Below, piece after piece: positions 46,524-52,042 of a DNA stretch of 52,042 bases (position 1 is its first letter; each line of letters opens with the position of its first letter). The DNA is from Patescibacteria group bacterium (lineage in GTDB: Bacteria > Patescibacteriota > Minisyncoccia > Phycocordibacterales > XYD1-FULL-46-19), in NCBI GenBank assembly GCA_048617235.1, contig JBMCHT010000001.1, positions 1-52,042 on the forward strand, written 5' to 3'. A program made the position numbers and the translations under genes. The notes under the pieces were generated by a model. It had not been told where the DNA came from, did no database searches, and worked only from the letters and a program-made list of their open reading frames with translations.

Positions 46524-48299
46524 ATGCATAAGTGCCAACCAACAGATTTTTTAAATATATCATCAGTTAGAGATTTTTCTTTAAATTGTAATGAAAAACA
46601 CATTGCTTGTATAATCAAAGAAAAAACAAAGCAACGACTTTTTATATATTCTATAGAAAATAAAACTCTTAAAAAACCAACAAAAGAATTCGATACTGTC
46701 TCCTTTGTTAAATTTTCTCCCTCTGATAAAAACCTGCTCTTAGTTAAAGCAGCTAGAATTAATGATCAATATTTAAGTTTCTTTTTTTTAAATATAAAAA
46801 ATAAAACTCAAAAAAAATTACCGGAACCACCTGATACTCTTATTCGCTTTGGAAATTGGTCACCCCAAGGAGATAAAATAACTTATGCTATAAATAAAAA
46901 AAATGAAAAAGATTTTAAAATAAAGATTTTCAATTTAAAAACCAATACAACAAGGGATGTTTTTTCTTTAAAAACTTCTTGTTCTGTTCCGGGTTTTTCT
47001 CCCAAAGAATCTTTTCTAATAATACTGGAACATATTTCCTCAATTAAAACTAATTGTTATTTATTGAATTTAAAAACCAATAAGATTAAAAAAATAATCA
47101 CAAATAACAAAAGCCAAGATTTTATTATAGCCGGAATTAAATGGTTATCAGATGAATCTGGTTTTTATTATATATCGGATAAAAATTGCGATAGAAATTC
47201 TTTATATTTTTTTGATTTAGTAAAAAATAAAAGTAAATTAATTACTGAAACACCCGGAGATTTGCAAAATATACATAAATCAAATACTGAAAAATTTTTA
47301 TTTTTAGCTATTAATGAAGGAGGTAAAATATTATTGTACAAATTTAATATAAAAAACAATAAATTATCTAAAAAAATAGAATTTCCAAAAGGTTCTATTG
47401 ATTCTTTTTTACTTTCTAAAGACAATCTAGCAATAATGACTTGCAGTAGTCCAACTCAGGGTTCAAGTTTATATTCTTATAATAAATCCTTTAAACAATT
47501 AATTGCTTCTAAACAAAAAATACCACCTAAAAACTTAGTTAGTCCCATCTCTTTTTATTATAAATCTTTTGATAATTTAAAAATACAAAACTTTCTTTTT
47601 TTGCCTAAAAATAAAAAAATAAAATATCCATTGTTTATATTTTTACATGGTGGCCCAGCCTCTTTATATGTTCCTAATTATAATTCTTTAATTCAATTTT
47701 TAGTAAATAAAGGCTATGCGGTGGCGGCTCCAAATATAAGAGGAAGTTCCGGTTATGGAAAAAAATTTAAAACTTTAGATGATAAAGAAAAACGTTATCA
47801 TGCTTTGAAAGACGTTATTTATTTACAAAGATTTTTAAAAAAGGAATATAATCAAATAAATACCGACAAAACTATACTGTGTGGAGAATCTTATGGTGGA
47901 TTTTTAACTATGTTATTGTTAGCTTTATATCCTCAAAAATGGTTAAAAGGTATTTCTATTTCAGGTATATCTAATTTTATTACTTATTTAGAAAATATCC
48001 CTGAATGGAGAAGGCCTGTCAGAGAAGAAGAATATGGATCATTAAAACACAATAAAGTCTTATTAAAAGCCTTATCTCCTATAAATAACAAAGAAACTAT
48101 TCAATCACCTTTATTATTAATCCATGGTAAAAATGATACTCAAGTACCATTAGACCAAACATTAGATATGTATAAAGCCCTTAAAAAACTAAATAAAAAA
48201 GTAGAAAAAATTATTTATACAGATGAAGGACATATTATATATAAAAAGAAAAACCGTCTAAATTTATATAAAAAAATTATTACTTTTATAGAAAATTAA
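46524..48299 (+). CDS. S9 family (prolyl oligopeptidase / acylaminoacyl peptidase-like) serine peptidase
   Basis: N-terminal beta-propeller repeats (FSP, WSP), HGGP, N.RGSSGYG, GESYGG nucleophile, HG.ND..V and EGH. Confidence 0.93.
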   Translation: MHKCQPTDFLNISSVRDFSLNCNEKHIACIIKEKTKQRLFIYSIENKTLKKPTKEFDTVSFVKFSPSDKNLLLVKAARINDQYLSFFFLNIKNKTQKKLPEPPDTLIRFGNWSPQGDKITYAINKKNEKDFKIKIFNLKTNTTRDVFSLKTSCSVPGFSPKESFLIILEHISSIKTNCYLLNLKTNKIKKIITNNKSQDFIIAGIKWLSDESGFYYISDKNCDRNSLYFFDLVKNKSKLITETPGDLQNIHKSNTEKFLFLAINEGGKILLYKFNIKNNKLSKKIEFPKGSIDSFLLSKDNLAIMTCSSPTQGSSLYSYNKSFKQLIASKQKIPPKNLVSPISFYYKSFDNLKIQNFLFLPKNKKIKYPLFIFLHGGPASLYVPNYNSLIQFLVNKGYAVAAPNIRGSSGYGKKFKTLDDKEKRYHALKDVIYLQRFLKKEYNQINTDKTILCGESYGGFLTMLLLALYPQKWLKGISISGISNFITYLENIPEWRRPVREEEYGSLKHNKVLLKALSPINNKETIQSPLLLIHGKNDTQVPLDQTLDMYKALKKLNKKVEKIIYTDEGHIIYKKKNRLNLYKKIITFIEN

Positions 48300-48312
48300 T
48301 TAACATTTCATT

Positions 48313-48420
48313 ATGTTTTTAAACACCTGGCACAATTTACTAAAAATGGAAAAACACGATCTTGATTGGCATCAAGAAGATTTAAAAACAGAATTAGTGG
48401 AATACAAAGAAGCTACCGGA
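48313..48420 (+). pseudogene. 5' fragment of a hypothetical gene, fused out of frame to the ribA fragment
   Basis: MFLNTWHNLLKMEKHDLDWHQEDLKTELVEYKEATG looks protein-like, then runs into ribA sequence in another frame and stops at 48468. Confidence 0.45.
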
Positions 48421-48662
48421 GGCCCTTGGGTTTCCTCCAGAGATGAGAGATTACACATGTGTTCGTGACATGTTGGCTGATTTAAAAGTTAAAAGTATTA
48501 GACTTCTAACTAATAATCCTGATAAAATTAATAAATTAACAGAATTAGGAGTTATTGTTCAAGGTGTCGAATCAATAGAGGTGTTACCTAATTTACTCAA
48601 TAAAAGGTATTTAAGAACAAAAAAAAGATAAAATGAATCATAAATTGAGAAAAATAAAATGA
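48419..48662 (+). pseudogene. ribA: GTP cyclohydrolase II, C-terminal fragment
   Basis: EALGFPPEMRDY...IRLLTNNPDK...N.RYL.TKK. Removing one A from the A8 run near 48619-48626 restores the usual DKMNH ending and an ATGA overlap with the next gene. The N-terminal catalytic part is absent. Confidence 0.8.
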
Positions 48663-49192
48663 AAATTGCAATCGGAACAACCTCAGAAAATAAGACAGCT
48701 ATAGTAAAAGCTTTTTTTGGAGATATTAAAAATTTTATGATCGTTCCATGTGATGTGAGCTCTGGTGTAACTGATCAGCCATTAGATGAATTTACAACAA
48801 GAGAAGGCGCTATAAATCGGGCAAAAAATGCTTTCGAGATGACACTTGAGACTGATATAGATTTTTCACTTGGACTTGAGGGGGGGCTTGTGTTAATTGA
48901 TAACACTTATTTTTTGTTATGTGTAGCTGTAATTACTGATAACTCTGGAGTTGACATAGTTGGTATGAGCGATACCCTTCCTCTACCTCAATATGTGTCT
49001 GACCAGATTGCGAATGGTAAAGAGTTTGGTGTATCAATTAGAGAGTTCCAAGAGTCTTTAATAGCTAATATTGACGATAATATTAAGAACTGGATTGATG
49101 AATTAATTAGCCGTCGCTCTAGTTTTCTAATGGCAATCGGATCTGCTTATATTCAATATCTAAAATTAGTAGTAGATCGCACAAAAAAATAG
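48659..49192 (+). CDS. Non-canonical purine NTP phosphatase (YjjX / DUF84 family)
   Basis: IAIGT...K, SSGV.DQP, GA.NRA and GLEGG. Confidence 0.85.
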   Translation: MKIAIGTTSENKTAIVKAFFGDIKNFMIVPCDVSSGVTDQPLDEFTTREGAINRAKNAFEMTLETDIDFSLGLEGGLVLIDNTYFLLCVAVITDNSGVDIVGMSDTLPLPQYVSDQIANGKEFGVSIREFQESLIANIDDNIKNWIDELISRRSSFLMAIGSAYIQYLKLVVDRTKK

Positions 49193-49220
49193 ACATTACC
49201 AAGTAATTGGTAATGTCTAT
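49189..49220. terminator. 14-bp perfect hairpin at the end of the YjjX-like gene
   Basis: ATAGACATTACCAA-GTAA-TTGGTAATGTCTAT. Confidence 0.65.
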
Positions 49221-49222
49221 GC

Positions 49223-49315
49223 TATTGTGAAATCTTCGAGGATTGTTCTGGAGGATGCCCACTACTATGGACGGTGTATCCGCCGGACAAAATGATTGTA
49301 GGATGGTCGAAATAA
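49223..49315 (+). pseudogene. 3' remnant of a radical SAM/SPASM-domain gene
   Basis: Start-less frame YCEIFEDCSGGCPLLWTVYPPDKMIVGWSK*; C-x5-C-x-G-G-C-P matches the end of the SPASM Cx2Cx5Cx3C motif; followed by its own terminator. Confidence 0.65.
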
Positions 49316-49327
49316 GAAACCAAACCA

Positions 49328-49368
49328 AACCCCTTGGCGCAATATAATGTACCAAGGGGTTATCTTTT
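49328..49368 (+). terminator. Intrinsic terminator after the SPASM remnant
   Basis: AACCCCTTGG...CCAAGGGGTT stem, then ATCTTTT. Confidence 0.7.
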
Positions 49369-49412
49369 GTTAAAATAATTTTATAATTATTAATTATTCA
49401 TATCTATAAAAC

Positions 49413-50045
49413 ATGTCTACTATACTGATAAAATTCAAATTCGATATTGAATCTGAAATCCGAAGAGTAAAAGAAACTTTGGATAACTTAGGGTGGCTCA
49501 CAAAAAATAACTACAGATTCCTTTTACCCTCCAACATAAAAAAAGACGCCAGCACTGATGATATTAAACAGGCAATAGAAAACGAGTATAATTTACAAAT
49601 TTATCAGATTGCTGAAAAAGCCATTTTAAAATCATGGGAAGGAAACAATAAATTATTAAAAAAAATTAACCAGAAATTAAAGAATTCGTATCAACTAGAC
49701 GAAGTAGAAGTAATATTAACTGCATATGGAACACAAGGCAGTTATTCGACACCAAATTCAATCATTATAAATATTTCTACTGGTACTCCTCCGGAATTTT
49801 TAATCAAAACAGTAATCCACGAATCTTTACATTTAATGATCGAGCATCTCATTAAGAGATATTCTGTCGAACATTGGGTCAAAGAACACATTGTGGACTT
49901 AATAATGGATTTAGAATATCAATCACGTTTTAAGATGCAGTCTGTGCCTGATTGGGTTTTAGAAATAGACCCAATATTCAAAAAAGATTACCCAAATATA
50001 GATATTATTACAGAGAAAGTTGGAAAAATCTTCCCCAAGAAGTGA
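49413..50045 (+). CDS. Hypothetical protein with HExxH zinc-metallopeptidase-like motif
   Basis: YGTQGSY...IIIN...VIHESLH with downstream KE.IVD as candidate third ligand. Confidence 0.7.
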   Translation: MSTILIKFKFDIESEIRRVKETLDNLGWLTKNNYRFLLPSNIKKDASTDDIKQAIENEYNLQIYQIAEKAILKSWEGNNKLLKKINQKLKNSYQLDEVEVILTAYGTQGSYSTPNSIIINISTGTPPEFLIKTVIHESLHLMIEHLIKRYSVEHWVKEHIVDLIMDLEYQSRFKMQSVPDWVLEIDPIFKKDYPNIDIITEKVGKIFPKK

Positions 50046-50066
50046 ATTGAGTCAGATTAAATTATT

Positions 50067-50104
50067 AAAAAATTCCGGTATGCCTAAAATAGGCATACCA
50101 GAGT
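50067..50104 (-). terminator. Intrinsic terminator after the Cys-rich peptide (probably bidirectional)
   Basis: GGTATGCCTA-AAA-TAGGCATACC 10-bp stem (50077-50099) with a T-run on the minus strand. Confidence 0.8.
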
Positions 50105-50125
50105 CACTCCTGTCAAAAACTTCAG

Positions 50126-50287
50126 TCATTGACCGGAACAATCGCAGTTGCATTCACATGCACCCCAACCGCCGTCGCAGTTGCCAGTGATACAGTCTCC
50201 ATCCCCTTGGATTTGAGGAGAGAAGCCACGAACATTTCTCTGACAAGAAATCCCCGTCACTTTAAGAAATTTTACGAACTCTTCCAT
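50126..50287 (-). CDS. 53-aa Cys-rich peptide MEEFVKFLKVTGISCQRNVRGFSPQIQGDGDCITGNCDGGWGACECNCDCSGQ
   Basis: SD CAGAAAGGAGGTGA-N5-ATG places the start at 50287, not the track's 50320; 7 Cys including CxCxCxC; own terminator. Confidence 0.78.
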   Translation of the reverse strand: MEEFVKFLKVTGISCQRNVRGFSPQIQGDGDCITGNCDGGWGACECNCDCSGQ

Positions 50288-50292
50288 TATCA

Positions 50293-50568
50293 TCACCTCC
50301 TTTCTGTGTGAATTTATCACAAATCATCTGTCAGATGATTGAGATCGGAATGAGTTTCTTGGGGCAAGGCGGATCCTTCTCCCAGGCATTTTTCCAAATC
50401 CATACCCGGAGGATCGGGTAAATAAGGATTAAACATTCTTTTTCCTTTTTTGGTTGGAATGCAGTTTCTATTTCCATCTTAGTAAAAGTAAAAAAAAAGC
50501 AAGAAAAGGTGTGGATAAACTTTATATAAAATATACAAAAAATCTAATATTATTTTAATTATTTTTTT
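50293..50568 (-). repeat. 276-bp leader, copy 2 (inverted duplicate of 44865-45140)
   Basis: Reverse complement matches copy 1 by eye over the full length. Confidence 0.95.
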
Positions 50569-50762
50569 ATTTACTAATTCTTTATTGTTTATAAAATTTT
50601 AAGAATATGATAAAGACATAACATTATTTTACAATAATCAACATTTATAATCTAGTTTTTTATTAAATAATAAAAAACTAGACAATCACAACTTTATCTC
50701 TAAAATAAATGACAAAAGCTTAAAAATGTTATAGAATAAAAGAGTAGCCGAAGGTTAAGACT

Positions 50763-51458
50763 ATGACAGATATAGCTATTCTTAAATATTTTGTTCCCAT
50801 TTACCAAATAACCATTTGGCCGGTTTGCCGTCTTTTATTGTTTATTTTTGGTAATTTAAAAGTTTCCGGAATAGAAAACCTTAAAGATATACAATCCGGA
50901 GTTATTTTGGCGGCTAATCATACAACCGCCATGGATCCGGTAATAATCCGAACAGCTATGCCTTTTTGGGGTTATCATAAGGCTACTTATGCTGTTTCTT
51001 TAACTAAAGAAAATTACGATACCTTTTGGGGTCGTTTATTGTATGGTGGTTGGTTTTTTAAAATAATTGGAGCTTGGCCGGCCTTTAGAAAAACAGGGGA
51101 TTACAAAAAAAGTTTTAAATACCATATATACCTGCTAAATAACAAAAAAGCTGTTATAATTTTCCCAGAAGGGGGGAGGAATAAATTAAGTAAACCTATG
51201 GACAAAAAACCGAAGCCGGGATTGATTCATTTATCTCTTTTAACTAATACTCCTATTATTCCCATATCCATTAAAGGTCAAGCTGGTTTAAATCCTTTAT
51301 CCTTTTTTTTAAGAAAACATAGAATGTCTGTTCATTTTCACCAACCAATTAAACCGGAAGATTTAAAAGAAAAATATCCTGATTTAAAAGCTGAAGAAAA
51401 AAGTGATGGAAGTATTCGAGCGGTTAAAGAAATTATGGATAATATTTATAAAATATAA
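50763..51458 (+). CDS. Lysophospholipid acyltransferase (PlsC family)
   Basis: ANHTTAMD (HX4D), IFPEGGR and PIIPISI. Confidence 0.9.
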   Translation: MTDIAILKYFVPIYQITIWPVCRLLLFIFGNLKVSGIENLKDIQSGVILAANHTTAMDPVIIRTAMPFWGYHKATYAVSLTKENYDTFWGRLLYGGWFFKIIGAWPAFRKTGDYKKSFKYHIYLLNNKKAVIIFPEGGRNKLSKPMDKKPKPGLIHLSLLTNTPIIPISIKGQAGLNPLSFFLRKHRMSVHFHQPIKPEDLKEKYPDLKAEEKSDGSIRAVKEIMDNIYKI

Positions 51459-51463
51459 AAAGC

Positions 51464-52042
51464 ATGATTTATTTAAAATCTATACAATTAAGAGATGGTG
51501 ATTTATTTTGCTCAGATATTAAAGCAAACGATATTGATAATCTTAATAAAGTTTTTCAACTTCGACATGAAATTTTCGTTAAAAATTTAAAATGGGTAAA
51601 AAACAATGATGATAAATTAGAATCAGATAAATATGATAAAAATTCAATAATTTTTGCTGTATTTTTAAATAAAGAAATATTGGGAACCGTAAGAGTGATA
51701 TTGCCTACAGAAAAATTTATGTTAGAAGATGATTTTCATTATCTTTTAGATGAAAATCATACTATAATTAAAAATAAAGCGATAGAAATATCTAGATTGG
51801 GAGTAAAATCAGAAATAAAAGACAACCCTAAACTTAAAAAAAGAGTCGTCATGCTTTTATATAAAACATTATATAAATGGGCAAGTGAAAATGATATACG
51901 TTATTTTTATTTTGTGTCTACTGAAAAATTTTTAAATTCCTTAGACAGTAGGTTTTCTATACCTATACACTTATTTAAAAAAATAGCATCTGCTCCAAAT
52001 TGTCCTAAATATAGAGCAGCTTTAATAGATTTAAAAGAATCT
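51464..52042 (+). CDS. LuxI-like acyl-homoserine-lactone synthase / N-acyl amino acid synthase (GNAT fold), 3'-truncated by window edge
   Basis: 193 open codons to the window end: FQLRHEIFVKNLKW...LESDKYD...GTVRVILPT..FML...F..LL...IEISRLGV, containing the R,F,W,E,D,D,R,E,S,R pattern conserved in LuxI-family enzymes. Missing from the ORF track because there is no stop in the window. Confidence 0.78.
   Translation, partial: MIYLKSIQLRDGDLFCSDIKANDIDNLNKVFQLRHEIFVKNLKWVKNNDDKLESDKYDKNSIIFAVFLNKEILGTVRVILPTEKFMLEDDFHYLLDENHTIIKNKAIEISRLGVKSEIKDNPKLKKRVVMLLYKTLYKWASENDIRYFYFVSTEKFLNSLDSRFSIPIHLFKKIASAPNCPKYRAALIDLKES

Noticed and set aside
49119-50311. Track ORFs 49119..49355(-) and 50129..50311(+)
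   Set aside because: Antisense shadows of the SPASM remnant/terminators and of the Cys-rich peptide, with no RBS.
44865-50568. Composite transposon, IS ends or DGR template/variable repeat as an explanation for the 276-bp duplication
   Set aside because: No transposase or reverse transcriptase, no evident target-site duplication, and no adenine-specific mismatches between the copies.

Overview
AT-rich bacterial chromosome segment with almost all genes on the + strand. It most likely comes from a Patescibacteria/CPR (Parcubacteria-type) genome; this is inferred from the short AlaRS and UvrC, a sigma-4/HARE-HTH protein, an FtsA-like plus baseplate-J-like pair before infA, and genes that mostly lack Shine-Dalgarno (SD) sites. 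Positions 0.8-41.5 kb are mostly housekeeping: uvrBAC, a two-component pair, ddl, two tRNA-Ala, mgtE, yvcK, ychF, leuS, mltG, mnmA, alaS, infA-rpmJ-rpsMKD-rpoA-rplQ-rplM-rpsI and grpE-dnaK-dnaJ. The main interest is 43.0-50.6 kb, largely missed by the ORF track. Three tiny peptide genes (36 aa Gly-rich, 28 aa WDNDWDD, 53 aa Cys-rich CxCxCxC) each have the same strong CAGAAAGGAGGTGA ribosome-binding site and their own terminator. Two of them sit behind an apparently identical 276-bp leader duplicated in inverted orientation. They are interspersed with two M16 peptidases, an S9 oligopeptidase, an HExxH protein, a frameshifted stand-alone sigma-70 region-2 mini-protein and the 3' remnant of a radical SAM/SPASM gene. 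This looks like a modular, partly decayed peptide/RiPP-like system. The window ends with a PlsC-family acyltransferase and a LuxI-like acyl-HSL synthase homolog. Other items absent from the ORF track: an LRR gene tail with variable concave-face residues (3-581), a 51-aa basic Cys peptide, rpmJ, and strong CCGG over-representation in core genes. All calls were made by eye; no database searches were run.
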